The notes: a model not told the origin generated them from the letters alone. Counted from the stretch's first letter, positions 13,798 to 25,264 are shown. The stretch is DNA of 64,000 nt from an uncultured Planctomycetaceae bacterium (GCA_963833985.1 CAWIAD010000002.1:5504001-5568000), one strand, 5' to 3'. Numbers and translations are program-made.

Positions 13798-16230
13798 TCA
13801 GGGATGTGCGGGGGCGGTTTCGGGCGGCAAAGGGATGACTGGTTTCTTGATCACCCGGATGGCGTCGTTCCCCTCGGTGATCTCGACCGCGGTGTCAATG
13901 GGGACGTCGCGGAAGGTCTGGCGCAGGCCGCTGGCCGGCCAGTGCACTTGCAGGCTGGCCACCGACCGGGCCTGTCCCAGGCCAATGGTCGTTGCCAGGC
14001 TATTACCGCCGAAGCTCGAACCGTTGCCGATGACCCGGTAGCGTGACTCGCTCTTGCCGTCGGGCATCCTCAGGTCCGCGCGCAGCTCGCTGCCGATGGC
14101 GGCGCGGTTCGATCTGGTGCCGACCAGCTTCACGTTCAGCCAGTGGTTCCCCTGCCCCGGGTTCTGGAAGAGTACGTTGTGCGCCTTGTCGCCGGGCGTG
14201 GCACCGCCGGCCGCCAGGAAGATATCGACGTCGCCGTCGCAATCCCAGTCTGCCAGCGAGATTCCATGCCCCTTTTGCAGGTGCCCGGTCCCGCTGGAAA
14301 GCGTCACGTCCTCGAAGCGCTTGCCGCCCACGTTCCGCATGAGGACGTTCGGCACCACGTAAAAGCACGCCGGTTCGCCGGTACCCAGGTACATGTCCAG
14401 ATAACCATCGTTGTCGATGTCGCCGAAGTTTGACCCCATGACCACCCAGACGCGGTCGAGGCCAGCTTCCCGCGTGACGTCGCGAAATCCGGCAGGCCCT
14501 TCGTTGTGGTAGAGGCGGGGCCGCTCGCCCCTGGTCGGCTCGCCCAGGTGGCTGCGCACAATGTCGCAGAGCGTCGCCGCGAAACCGGCCACGAAGATGT
14601 CTTGGCGGCCATCGTTGTCGTAGTCGAAGAACCAGCAGGAAAAACTCTTCAGGGGCTCGTTGACCTTCAGTTGCACTGCCACGTCGCTGAAGGTGCCGTC
14701 GCCATTGTTGTGGTACAGCCGGTTCTCCTGGCCGGAATTCGAGACGTACAGGTCCGGCCGGCCGTCGCCGTCGTAGTCGCCCCACGCCGCCCCCTTGGCG
14801 CGGCGATCGTTGCGCACACCCGCAGAATCTGCCACATCGCTGAAGGTGCCGTTGCCGTTGTTGTGGTACAGCCGGCACAGGTTGCGGGGATCGGCAGTCC
14901 CCTTGTAGCTGTAGGAGCCGGTGGCGGCCTCGCCATTCGGCACCGTGTATTCGCCGCACACGAAAACGTCCACGTACCCGTCCAGGTCGTAATCCACCCA
15001 TGCCGCGGACTGGCAGGCAATGGGCGTGTCCATGCCGCAGGCGGCCGTCACGTCCGTGAAGACTCCCTGGCCGTTGTTGCGCAGCAGCGACATCCGGAAC
15101 GGCTTCTCCCAGCCCCCGCGCACCAGCAGCACGTCCAGGTCGCCATCGTTGTCGTAGTCGGCCTGGTTGCAGTTCAGCGCGGCAACCTGGTTCTCCAGAC
15201 CGGCCTGTTTGGTGCGTTCCTCGAACAGACCGGTGCCCTTGTTCACGAACAGCCGGGCGCAGTCTTCCGGGTCGGACGTCGAGGTGAAAAGATCGATCAG
15301 GCCGTCACCGGTGAAGTCGTCGGTGATGCTGCCGCCGGCCATGTTCTCCATGGGATCCAGGCCCACACGCGCAGCCACGTTGGCGAACCGGCCCACTTCG
15401 GTCGCGGAACGGAACGGCTCCAGTGGAATCCGCAAGGCCGGGGGAACGCCCTGGGGGTACTCGCCCAGCGTCATCGCGGCGATGTTCAGGAGCCAGCGGA
15501 CCCCGATATCCTCGGGCCGGACTTCCAGGTACCTGGTGAATCGGGTCAGCGCCTCGCGCGAGCCGACGGTCCTCTGGTGAATGGCGGCTGCCCTGAGGGG
15601 GAAGATGCAGCTATCCTCGTTCCGGCAGGCCACGCAATTCTCGACCTCGCCCCGGCGCAGGGCCGTTACACCCAGCAGCGCCTCGTAGTTGGCGCGGAGC
15701 AGGGCGCTCGGGTTCACTTCCGCGTCGCGCGCCGCCTCGAACTCCCGCTTGGCGTCGTCGAACTTGCCGTCGTACATGTAGAGCCCGCCGATCGCCAGGT
15801 GCAACTGGGTGATCTGCAAGACGCTATCGGCATCGTCCGCGGGAACCCTGGCCAGGACCTGCTTGAGATACTGAATCCCCCGGCTGGCCCGTCTGCCGAC
15901 GTTGGAGCGCAGCTCCTGGAGCGAGCCCGGATCGCTCGGCTCGTTCGTGAACATGACTCCGAAGAAGTAGCCGCTGTCGTCAAACCAGCCATCGCCGTAG
16001 AGGATCGGCGTTCCGTCCTGGTTCACGTTCCAGGGCTGCCGCCCCGCTTTCTGCACACGTGGCTGGGCCTTGCGCGTGGCCGGGTTGCCTGCCGCTACGG
16101 TACGCGGCCTGCTCCCGGATCGCCCTCCACCGGCCAGGTCGGTCAGAAGGAATGAGATCCCGCCGGCCGCGGCCAGAATCACCAGCAGGACCGCGCCGGC
16201 CCTGGTCGCCAGCTTCACGCGGTTTGCCAT
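13798..16230 (-). CDS. CRTAC1-family FG-GAP/VCBS repeat protein with ASPIC/UnbV C-terminal domain and N-terminal TPR-like region
   Basis: Repeated DYDNDGxxD motifs, GHLQKGHG, SNRAAIG...GLG...VHWP; N-terminal TM; start at MANRVK. Confidence 0.88.
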   Translation of the reverse strand: MANRVKLATRAGAVLLVILAAAGGISFLLTDLAGGGRSGSRPRTVAAGNPATRKAQPRVQKAGRQPWNVNQDGTPILYGDGWFDDSGYFFGVMFTNEPSDPGSLQELRSNVGRRASRGIQYLKQVLARVPADDADSVLQITQLHLAIGGLYMYDGKFDDAKREFEAARDAEVNPSALLRANYEALLGVTALRRGEVENCVACRNEDSCIFPLRAAAIHQRTVGSREALTRFTRYLEVRPEDIGVRWLLNIAAMTLGEYPQGVPPALRIPLEPFRSATEVGRFANVAARVGLDPMENMAGGSITDDFTGDGLIDLFTSTSDPEDCARLFVNKGTGLFEERTKQAGLENQVAALNCNQADYDNDGDLDVLLVRGGWEKPFRMSLLRNNGQGVFTDVTAACGMDTPIACQSAAWVDYDLDGYVDVFVCGEYTVPNGEAATGSYSYKGTADPRNLCRLYHNNGNGTFSDVADSAGVRNDRRAKGAAWGDYDGDGRPDLYVSNSGQENRLYHNNGDGTFSDVAVQLKVNEPLKSFSCWFFDYDNDGRQDIFVAGFAATLCDIVRSHLGEPTRGERPRLYHNEGPAGFRDVTREAGLDRVWVVMGSNFGDIDNDGYLDMYLGTGEPACFYVVPNVLMRNVGGKRFEDVTLSSGTGHLQKGHGISLADWDCDGDVDIFLAAGGATPGDKAHNVLFQNPGQGNHWLNVKLVGTRSNRAAIGSELRADLRMPDGKSESRYRVIGNGSSFGGNSLATTIGLGQARSVASLQVHWPASGLRQTFRDVPIDTAVEITEGNDAIRVIKKPVIPLPPETAPAHP

Positions 16231-16366
16231 ATCGTCACCTCCGTCATCGAGGGCGCGAAATCGTTTCCCGGCACCGGCAAGCGGCCGGACCGTGAAACCT
16301 TGGCTGCTGCTTGCCATTCTTGCCTGTCCCGCAGAGCAGGACCAGACATCACTCGATCCTGGATGC

Positions 16367-18343
16367 TCATGGGCGCCCCGCATGGCCTGGCTCGCGGTGC
16401 ACCCGGATGAAATGATCGGTGAACGGCGAGTGGGGTACAACGCCCTGGACGCTGGGCATGTGGCAGGAGATGCAGCCGGTTTCCGGGTTCACAGGGCAGA
16501 CCGTGGCGTGCGGGGCGTCGGCCAGTGCCGATCGGCGCAGCCGCTTCCTGGCGGCCCGGGGAGCCTCTGCCTCCGCCGACGTTCCGCTGGAATGGCACAT
16601 GAGGCATTTCGACTCGTAGTGCGACATCGTCGTGGAAACGTTGCGGTGCGGGTCGTGGCAGGTGGCGCAATCGAGCTGGTCGCGGCTTTCGGTGTAACAC
16701 CGGCTCCAGGTGAGTGTGGTTCCCTGGAAGCGGACCGAGCCGGGATCTTCCGGCACGACGGCCTTGCCGCGTGGGCTGTGGCACTGGGCACAGATCTTCA
16801 CCACGCTGGCTCCGGTTGCCAGGGTGGGACGGGCGATCGCCAGGTCAGGCAGCTTGGCGGCCACGGCCAGCAGGTGGTTTCCGCCCGGCCCATGGCATTT
16901 CTCGCAGCCAATGCCGTGGTCGGCCGCCTCGGGGCCCGCGGTCTCAAGATGGGCCCGGGGATTGGTCACATGGCAGGTGAAGCAGCGCCTCACGCCATCA
17001 CCCGTCAAGGGCATGCCCAGGAACTCGTGGTCCCTGGCCGGATGCGGCGCATGCCCGCTGGTGACGTCCCAGGTGCACTCCGGCGTCTTCTCGTGGTAGA
17101 TCGACAGCCGCAGCTCGTACATCTGACCCGAGGAATCATGCCCGACCAGCGTCTTGCCCCGGTCACCCGAGCCGAAGGCGTAATCCACCACGGCCTCGTA
17201 AAGCCGCTTCGACGTACGCGTCTGCTGCTCGATCGCCGCGCCGGCCCGCTTGATCGTGTGCACAACCGCGGCGTCTACCGGGTCGGGCAGGCCGGGGGGC
17301 GGCGTGGCCAGGTCTCCCAGCTCGGAGACGCCATGATAGGTCCGTGCATGCCGTGAGTTCTGCTGCGCCTGGAACTGCTCGGCATGGCATGGCGCGCAGC
17401 GTTTCGCGCCCACGTACGGAGCAGGGTCCGCCAGCACCGGGTTCGCTTCAGCGAAGGCGGCCGCCTGTTTGGAGGCGGTGGCGGCCCCGGGGATGTTCCC
17501 TGCTTGCAGGAACGCACGGCTCAGGAGCCATGAGGCCTCGGCGTCCGGGCCGCCGGCGAGCAGGGCTTGCAACAGCTCGCGCGCCTCGTTAGGCCGCCGA
17601 GCCTGGAGCAAGGCGCGGGCAAGCTGCTTGCGGAGCGCAGCGGGCGACAGCGGGGGCAGCTCCTCACCCGGTGGTCCCTGGAGCTTTGCTTCCTGCTCGA
17701 GGGCGCGCTTCCACTCATCCGCGGCACCCGCGGGATCGTTCCGCGCAGACTGGATCCTGCCCAGGAGCTCGAAGGGCGCGGGCCTGCCATTCCGGTTGCC
17801 GGGCCAGCCGGAGCGCCAGATCGGTGGCCAGGACGAACCGCTCCAGCTTGAGATGCGCGGAGATCATCTCGTGGAGGATCCGCGGGTGGTCCGGATCGGC
17901 CTTCAGACCCTGCTGCCAGACCTCGGTGCTGCCCTTGTCATTGCCAGTGCGGGCCAGGGCCACACCCAGAAGGTAGAGATCGTCGGCCAGCATCGAGTGG
18001 CTGCCGAGGCGCTCAAAGAGCGACATCGCCGAGGCGTCGCGGCCGAGCTGGACGGATGACCGGGCCAGCAGCCGCACGGCGTTCAGGTCCTGCGGCAGCG
18101 CCTTGAGCCGCTCTCGCGCCAGGTTGGAGGCCGCCTCGTAGTCGCCTCGCGCGTAGGCCTGCGCGCTGCCGCCAAAGGGTCTGTGCCGTGGCCGCCGTGG
18201 AGATACCAGAGCCCGGCACCCGCCACGAGCAGGCCCAGCCCGAGGGCCGGCATGACCCACAGTGCCCAGCGCCACGAGTGTTGCCGCTGGTGCTCGATCG
18301 CAGTTGCCGGACCGGCCGGATTGGTTCCCCTTGCGCGGTTCAC
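16367..18343 (-). CDS. Membrane-anchored TPR + multiheme (7 CxxCH) c-type cytochrome; several frameshifts between ~17680 and ~18170
   Basis: CAPCH, CFTCH, CEKCH, CAQCH, CATCH, CLMCH and CISCH in ORF 16367..17611. TPR and TM pieces lie in ORFs 17715..18275 and 18083..18343. Confidence 0.8.
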
Positions 18344-18364
18344 CCCGCGTCCCCCTTTGTGCGT

Positions 18365-19672
18365 TTACAACCTGTCGGCAAGGCGGTTCCAGGCGTCCGC
18401 CAGGCGGGCCCAGCCCAGAGTGTCGCAGACCCCCGCCAATCGTCGCATGGCATGGGGCAGGTCCGGGTTGCTCGGTTTCTGGTTCTCACGCGCTTCCTGG
18501 GCCACGAGGAGCTCACCAAAGGCCGAGCGCAGCTCGCCCCGCGCCTCGCGCAGCTGATCGGCCTTCTTGCGGTGTTCGGCGGCCAGCGGACGGTGCCCGA
18601 GCCGTTCCTCCACCATCGCCAGCCGGTAATGTGAGGCCATCACGTACGGGTTTCGCTCCAGGGCCCGGCGATAGTCCTCGGCCGCGCCGGCCCAGTCACC
18701 GGCTTTCTCCTTGAGCAGCCCACGGAATCGCCAGACTTCTGACTCGCTCTCGGCCGCGACGGGAACCCTGGCCATGAGCGCCGCCCAGGCGTCCTGATCG
18801 CCCGAGTCATAGAGCATGGTCAGGTAGTCGCGCCAGACCCGTGGATCGTCGGGACGGCCGGCCAGACAGGCACGGTACTCACGCTCGGCCTCTTCCTTGT
18901 GGCCCAGGGCCAGCTGGGCGTGTGCCAGCGCCCGGCGCGCTTCCCAGTCCGTCGGATCCGCGGCGACATAGCTTTCCAGCTTGTCGATGGCCGCCTCCGG
19001 GGCAATTCGCTCCAGCTCGCTCTTGACGCGCATCCCCAGCAGGCCGAGATGGTCGGCCGGATCGACGCGCTCGTAGGTTTCCCAGATCACCGCTGCCGCG
19101 TCTTCCCAGCGGTTCTCCACCGCATAAAGGCCGAGAAGCTGCTGGCTTGACACGTTCATCACGTCGATCGGGCTGGGATGGAGCGGATCGTCCTTGACCA
19201 CGGCCAGCCAGCAGGCTTCAGCGTCCTTTGCCCGGTTGGCCATGAGGTACGCCTGCCCCTCATGAAACATGGCCTCGGCCTTGGTGAGCCACCATGAGGG
19301 AACCTCGTGCAACTCCCGCGCACAGCCCAGCATGTCACCCCTGGCACCCAGCGCCCGGGCCAGCAGCAGGCGGACCTCAGTGTCATGAGGGGAACGCCGC
19401 AGCCGTGCGCGAAGTGCCGCTTCGGCCTGATCGTACTGCTCACGGCCCATCATGGCCTCGATGGCCCGGTTGTCCGGAAGCGGCCGGGTGTCGTACCAGT
19501 ACCACCAGACATTGAAGCCGGCCAGGCCCGTGCAGCCGAGCAGGGACAGTGCGGAGATCCAGGACCAGAGGCGACGGCGACGACGCTGGTGCACAGAGAC
19601 CCTGGTGGTCTCGGCTGGCACAGGGTTCGCGGTGTGGGATGACGGAGTGTCGTGAGGAGCTTCGGTGATCAT
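18365..19672 (-). CDS. TPR-repeat protein with N-terminal TM anchor
   Basis: Helical repeats (AAEDYRRALERNP...HYRLA); hydrophobic segment follows RRRRR. Confidence 0.82.
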   Translation of the reverse strand: MITEAPHDTPSSHTANPVPAETTRVSVHQRRRRRLWSWISALSLLGCTGLAGFNVWWYWYDTRPLPDNRAIEAMMGREQYDQAEAALRARLRRSPHDTEVRLLLARALGARGDMLGCARELHEVPSWWLTKAEAMFHEGQAYLMANRAKDAEACWLAVVKDDPLHPSPIDVMNVSSQQLLGLYAVENRWEDAAAVIWETYERVDPADHLGLLGMRVKSELERIAPEAAIDKLESYVAADPTDWEARRALAHAQLALGHKEEAEREYRACLAGRPDDPRVWRDYLTMLYDSGDQDAWAALMARVPVAAESESEVWRFRGLLKEKAGDWAGAAEDYRRALERNPYVMASHYRLAMVEERLGHRPLAAEHRKKADQLREARGELRSAFGELLVAQEARENQKPSNPDLPHAMRRLAGVCDTLGWARLADAWNRLADRL

Positions 19673-19735
19673 GACGGATCGATCGCGGAGATTGGAAACC
19701 GGCCGCTGGCCCCTGTGCACGACCCTCTTTTCATG

Positions 19736-20979
19736 TTACTTGAGCCGCGCCAGGGCAGCAAGGCTGAGCGCATCGTCGGGGTTGTCGCGCAGCACCAGGC
19801 GATGCCAGGCCCGCGCCTCGTCATACCGGCCCAGCTGCTCCCTGAGCGTGGCGATCTCCTGGTACAGCTCCGGGTGCGGCTCGATCCCCAGCGTTCTGGT
19901 TTCCTTCGCCTTGTTGTAAGCGGCCCGCATTGCCTTGAACGCGGTCTGAAACGTTGTCAGCGTCGCGTCCACCGCGCGGAAATCGGCGTTCTCGCCCAGT
20001 GGCGCAGGGCCATCCGCAGCCGGTAAAGCACCACGCCGTTGTACGGCTCGAAAGCGACGGCGCGGCGGTAGGCCGCGATCGCCCTGGGCCACTCGCGCCG
20101 GCCCTGGGCAACCGTCCCTTCATGCTTGGCAAACCGGGGGTCGGCACGCAACGACTGGGGCAACCGCTGGAACTCCTCGCGCAACTGGTCGGGCCGAAAG
20201 CCGTCGTCCAGGCCGGTCAGCCAGCTATCCCAGGCAATTGCCGAGCCGGGGTGGTGATCCAGTACCGTGCGCAGGACCTCGAGCCCCTGGTCGGCCTGGC
20301 TGTCGTGAATGAACGCCAGGCCCAGCGCCGCTCCCAGCGGCAGGTTGTCGGGATGCTCCCTCCAGACCGGCTCGAACACCTGAACCTGCGACCCCGGCGC
20401 GATCTTGTCGATGTCGATCCGTGTCATCTCCAGGAGCAGCCGCGCCTGGTCGCGCGGGTCCGGCTCGTGCTCGTAGAGCCGCATTCCCAGCCGGTGGGCC
20501 TCCTCTTGCCGGCCCTCGAAATCAAGCAGGTCCAGCAGCGCCCAGCCAGCCTCTGGAACCGCCGGGTCAAGCTTCAGGGCCTCGTTCCAGGACTGCTCGG
20601 CAAGGTCGTAGCGCTTTTGCTGGTAGTGCGCCTTGCCCTCCGAGAACTGCACAATGGCTGCTTCCTGGGGCGATCGGGGCTGAATGCGCCGCAGGTGGTC
20701 GAGGGCGAGCTCAGGCTTGGGATCAGGGCGGTCCATCGCGAACTGGGCCATCAGCAGATGACCGCGCTGGTCCTCGGGAAGCGCCCGCAGGTAGCGGGAG
20801 AGCAGCTTCTCGGCCTCGTCGAACTCGTGTTTCCGCGCCAGAGCGCAAATCACATCCAGATCCGGTATCGATTGCGGCCCGCGCCAGAGTGCCACAGCGC
20901 CCGCGGCTACCAGCAGGAACAAGCCCGTGAGAATGACCCAGAATGGACTGAAGAATCGCCGCATCATTGCCGTCACCAT
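19736..20979 (-). CDS. TPR-repeat protein with N-terminal anchor; frameshift near 20000
   Basis: ORF 19957..20979 continues in ORF 19736..20092 (LGRYDEARAWHRLVL). Confidence 0.78.
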
Positions 20980-21098
20980 GCCAGCGCCAGCGGGCTGGCC
21001 AATGTTCCTGTGATATCTGACGGCTCTTGCCGCCGGTCAAGAAAAACGCGATCTTCAACCTTGAGCCTGCACTCGCCGCAGAACCCCCGGAATCTCCG

Positions 21099-22430
21099 AT
21101 GGACCTGATCTCCCGACCGCGTGCTCGCACCGCGCTGTGGAACCGACGCAGCCTCATGGCCGCCCTTTGCTTGATTGTAACCTTTGCCGTGGCGGCTGCG
21201 GCTGCCTTCTGGCTTTTTTCGCGATATCAGGATCAGCGTGACGCCGCGGCCGTGCGCCGGGCGCTCGCGGAAAAGCGGCTCGACGAGGCCGAACACCTGC
21301 TCGAGCGCTGGATCCAGCGTCGGCCTGGAGCTGCTCAGGCATACAGCCTGAAGGCGCGGCTGGCCTGGGCCCGCCAGGACTTTCCCGCGGTCCAGGAGGC
21401 CCTGACCCGGGCACGGGCGCTGGGCATTCCCCTGAAGGAGCTCGGCGGCCTGCGCGGCCTCTTGATGGCCAAGGCCAATCAGAATGCCGAGGCTGAGCCC
21501 CTGCTGCTGGAAGCCGCCGAGACCTCGGCACGAATTGACCCTGATGTGGCCCTGGCATTGACCCGCCTTTACCTGGGCGAGTTCCGCCTCGGGGGAGCGG
21601 CCATGATCATCGACCGCTGGATGCGCGACTGGCCCGACGATGCCCGGCCCTATTTCCTGAAAACCGAGATCGATTCCCGCAACGGTGGCACGGCAGAAGA
21701 GCTCATCGTGCTCTACCAGGCCGCGCTGGAGCGTGATCCTGATTACGACGAGGCCCGGCTGCGGCTTGCCGACACGCTGCGGTTGAACCACCGCAACGAA
21801 GAGGCGGCCAGGGAATACGCCCGTTACCTGGAGCATAGACCCGACGACGCGATGGCTCACCTGGGTGCGGGCCAGAACGCGCTGGACCTGCAAGACCCGG
21901 TGGCCGCCATGACTCACCTGGACCGGGCACTGGCACTGGCACCGCGCGATCCCGTGATCCTGGGCGCCAGAGCCGCCGTGGAGATTCGCCTGGGACACCT
22001 GGACGCCGCGCTGCACGACCTGAACCAGGCCGTTGCGGCCGACCCGTTCGATTATGGCAACCGCTACCAGCGCATGCTGCTCCTGGGCCGGCTGGGCAAG
22101 CCGGCCGAGGCCGAGACCGAACGGCAAGCAATCGACCAGATCCGCCGCGACGTCTCCGAGTTTGCGGACCTTGGCCGCAAGCTCGAGCACGACCCCAAGA
22201 ACATGCAGCTCCGCAGCAAGGCGGCCCGCTGGCTGATGGACCATGGACACGAGGGCGAGGCCGTGGACTGGGCCAAACTGGTGCTCCGCACCGTTCCGTC
22301 CGACCCCGCGATGAACCGGATGCTCGCGGATTACTATCGCCGGCAGGGCAACTTCGGCCTGGCCAACTTTCATGAGGCCCACGCGGCGTCCGCACTCATC
22401 CAGAAGAATCAGGCCCCGTCGGTTCCTTGA
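21099..22430 (+). CDS. TPR-repeat protein with N-terminal TM anchor
   Basis: Multiple TPR-like helices (LYQAALERDPDYDEARLRLA, HLDRALALAPRDP). Confidence 0.83.
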   Translation: MDLISRPRARTALWNRRSLMAALCLIVTFAVAAAAAFWLFSRYQDQRDAAAVRRALAEKRLDEAEHLLERWIQRRPGAAQAYSLKARLAWARQDFPAVQEALTRARALGIPLKELGGLRGLLMAKANQNAEAEPLLLEAAETSARIDPDVALALTRLYLGEFRLGGAAMIIDRWMRDWPDDARPYFLKTEIDSRNGGTAEELIVLYQAALERDPDYDEARLRLADTLRLNHRNEEAAREYARYLEHRPDDAMAHLGAGQNALDLQDPVAAMTHLDRALALAPRDPVILGARAAVEIRLGHLDAALHDLNQAVAADPFDYGNRYQRMLLLGRLGKPAEAETERQAIDQIRRDVSEFADLGRKLEHDPKNMQLRSKAARWLMDHGHEGEAVDWAKLVLRTVPSDPAMNRMLADYYRRQGNFGLANFHEAHAASALIQKNQAPSVP

Positions 22431-22452
22431 CGCGCCGGACCCTGTCTCTCTG

Positions 22453-22558
22453 CTAAATAGATCCTCGCCTCTTGGAATGTGGGCCAGCCGCCCTCGGCTG
22501 GCTCAGGACGGCCGAGGGCGGCCGTTCCACACTTTCCCTCTTACGGGGAGCTATTTAG
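22453..22558. repeat. REP-doublet (REPIN)-like palindromic element between convergent genes
   Basis: TGTGGGCCAGCCGCCCTCGGCTGGC...ACGGCCGAGGGCGGCCGTTCCACA at 22478-22531, inside imperfect 15-bp inverted arms at 22453-22467 and 22544-22558. Confidence 0.65.
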
Positions 22559-23643
22559 AGTGCGTAAGCAGGCCAGGGGTCCTTGGGGTTGCGGGCGGGA
22601 CGGATGCGCTCGCGCAGTTCGCTGATGGTTCGGTCCACCCGGTCCGCGTTGTCGCGCTGGCCCAGCAGCCGGTAGGCGGTGACCAGGGCATGCAGGACGT
22701 CGAGCTGGCGGGGAGCGAGCTGGCGGGCCCTTTCCAGGTGTTGCCGCGCGGCATCCAGCCTGTGCCGCTGAAGCTCGATCTTGCCAAGGTTGTAATGCGG
22801 CAGGTAACTGCCGGGTTCCCACTCGGCGGCCTGGCGAAAGCAGCGCTCGGCGTCATCGAGCGACCCTTGCTGCATGTAGGCTCTGCCCAGCGTATTGATC
22901 AGCGGGGCGTTCGGGTTCTCGCTCAGGACCCGGTTCAGGTAGCGGCCCGCTTCCTCGGTACGGCCCATCTTGATCAGGTCTTCCGCCAGGTAGCTCCAGA
23001 AGACATCCTGCGGCAGTGGCATCTCCTTCAGGCTAGGATCCACCTCCAGCACATGCTCAAAGGCGGCGATGGCGCCCTCCCGGTTCTTGTCGTTGTGGGC
23101 CACCACCCCGCGGAGCGTGTAGCCGAGCGAAGCCCCGCCCGGACTCTGGATCAGCCGCTCGGCCAGGGCCTCGAGCTGCGGAAAATTGTTCTCGGTGAGC
23201 ATGACTGCGGCGAGCCGGCGCAGGGCCGTCACGTTCTCGGGCCAGCGCGCGAGAATTTGTTCATAAGCCTGGATGGCCTGCTGGCGATGGTTGCCTCGCA
23301 CCAGTCCATAGGCGCGAATCTGCTGGGCCGTCAGGTCCAGCGCCCGGCGCGGCGGTAATAGGGCTCAGCGTCGGCAGCAAAATCCAGGCGGCTGAGGCAC
23401 TGGGCCGACAGGAGCGCGGCGTCGCGGCTCCAGGGTCTGCGTCCCAGGTGGTCCAGAGAATCACGCAGGCAGGAGGTCAGCTCCCCGCGCATAGGCGTGC
23501 TGTGCCTGGGCCAGCAGGTCGGAACGGGTCACGTTCCATGCCGTCAGGGCCAGCAGTCCCACAAGCAGCACCAGGCCGCTGAAGAGGACGCCTGCCCGCC
23601 CTGGTCCGGATCGCCGCGGGAAAGGTGCAGGAATTTGCGTCAT
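22555..23643 (-). CDS. TPR-repeat protein with N-terminal anchor; frameshift(s) between ~23300 and ~23480
   Basis: ORF 22555..23301 has clear TPRs (LGRAYMQQGSLDDAERCFRQA); the TM-bearing N-terminus is in ORF 23461..23643. Confidence 0.78.
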
Positions 23644-23756
23644 GAAGGTTCTATCATGTCAAAGAGGGCCGAGAGACGCGGTACAGGCCCGGGCGGCATC
23701 CGCATTTGCAACGGGCTTGAAAGTGACATGGGCATGGGCATGGGCATGGAACGCCA

Positions 23757-23791
23757 AGAGCCTCCGGCGGGAGGACCCGGCCGGAGGCTCT
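23757..23791 (-). terminator. GC-rich hairpin downstream of the DUF1559 gene (terminator or mRNA stabiliser)
   Basis: 12-bp stem agagcctccggc/gccggaggctct with only a weak U tract. Confidence 0.45.
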
Positions 23792-23833
23792 GCTGCGGGA
23801 ACAACGAGAAAGCGTAACCGGTCCGGTGCACAC

Positions 23834-24982
23834 TCAGTAAGAGTCCGCACTGACCACTTCGCCATAGTTCGGCGTGGCGACGGCATACCAGGCCTGGTAG
23901 CTCACCGAGCTCTTGATGAACCGGACCGAGCCGTCCATGAACAGCACGTTCACGCCGCCCGGATGGTTCGAGCTGGCGGCAACCGCCGTGAGGGTCGCGC
24001 GGCTATCCTGACCGACGTCACTATAGACGCACGAAGTGCGGTTCGGGGTCTCGGTGTGCGAGTAGATCGAGGTGCCGCCGTAGCCCCACCATTCACCCTT
24101 CCAGCCCCAGTTGTAGTTTGCCGAGAGGATGGGCGTCTGGTCGCAGACCTGCTTGATCTGAAGGTCCGTCGGGTAGCCGTTGGAGGCCGTTGACGGGACG
24201 AAGTTGTAACAGATCGGCAGGCCCTGCTTGGGCGGCGGGCTGCCGGTCGCGGTCCCCTGGACCCACTCGCTGAAGATGGCCGTGTTGCTGGTGCCGTCCT
24301 GGAACGTGGTCAGGCTGGTGGTTCCGTTGACGGCGTTATCCCAGCTGCTGGCCACGTAGTTGGGGCCGTTCAGCTTCCAGCTTGAATCGGTCGGGGTCAT
24401 GCCCAGCGTGTTGCCGGTGATCCGCCGGTTCAGCCCGATGTTCGCGGGGTAGCTGAGGCTGCCCACGAACCGGTTGATGCCGCCGACGGAGAACTGCCCG
24501 GACGAGCCGCGGTTGCTGTCCGAGGGGCAGAGGAACGAACTGATCTGTGAGACCAGCACGGTTCCCTGCGGAATGCTGTCGTTGCCGCCCGAGGCGTTGT
24601 CGGGCGGATTGCTGTCGGTGTACACGGCGTCGCCATCGCTCCAGCGGGCACCGAAGTACCAGTTGATGCTGTTGTAGAGCGTGGTCTGCTCCATGAACGG
24701 CAAGAGCCGTGCATGCTGCGACCAGTTCTGGTGCGGCTGCTGGAGCGCGGTGCCTGCGCTGTTCCACTGCTGGTCCACGGAAACCGGCGGCAAGGCGTCG
24801 TTGGCGCTCACATAGTTGTGCATCGCCAGACCGATCTGCTTGAGGTTGTTGGTGCACTGCGCGCGCCGGGCTGCTTCACGCGCGGACTGAACAGCCGGCA
24901 GAAGTAGCGAAATAAGAACGGCGATGATAGCAATCACCACGAGCAGCTCGATCAGGGTAAAACCGCGAACTCTTCGACTCAT
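23834..24982 (-). CDS. DUF1559 prepilin-type N-terminal cleavage/methylation protein with H-X9-DG C-terminus
   Basis: [48 protein letters not shown] and [16 protein letters not shown]. Confidence 0.95.
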   Translation of the reverse strand: MSRRVRGFTLIELLVVIAIIAVLISLLLPAVQSAREAARRAQCTNNLKQIGLAMHNYVSANDALPPVSVDQQWNSAGTALQQPHQNWSQHARLLPFMEQTTLYNSINWYFGARWSDGDAVYTDSNPPDNASGGNDSIPQGTVLVSQISSFLCPSDSNRGSSGQFSVGGINRFVGSLSYPANIGLNRRITGNTLGMTPTDSSWKLNGPNYVASSWDNAVNGTTSLTTFQDGTSNTAIFSEWVQGTATGSPPPKQGLPICYNFVPSTASNGYPTDLQIKQVCDQTPILSANYNWGWKGEWWGYGGTSIYSHTETPNRTSCVYSDVGQDSRATLTAVAASSNHPGGVNVLFMDGSVRFIKSSVSYQAWYAVATPNYGEVVSADSY

Positions 24983-25139
24983 GTCCAAGGCCCTCAAGAA
25001 TTGGATGAGACAAGACCAGAAAGCCCAGAGCGACCCACAGACTTCTCCGGACAACATTCAACGAACAAATACGGCGTGGTGCCAGATCTCTGGGCTGGCA
25101 GATCTGGCACCCGACCGTCACGGAGAAAGTGACTCAAAT

Positions 25140-25217
25140 AGCATTTCGTAAACCAGGGCGCAAAGGCGAAGCGCGATGAGCATTTCGTCATCCAGAGCGC
25201 GAAGGCGAAGCACGATC
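25140..25217. repeat. Two tandem imperfect 39-bp direct repeats upstream of the DUF1559 gene
   Basis: agcatttcgtaaaccagggcgcaaaggcgaagcgcgatg followed by agcatttcgtcatccagagcgcgaaggcgaagcacgatc. Confidence 0.8.
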
Positions 25218-25264
25218 ATCCAGCGAACGTGCCAGAGCCCGTGCCGCCTGGGAGGATCCCGTCA

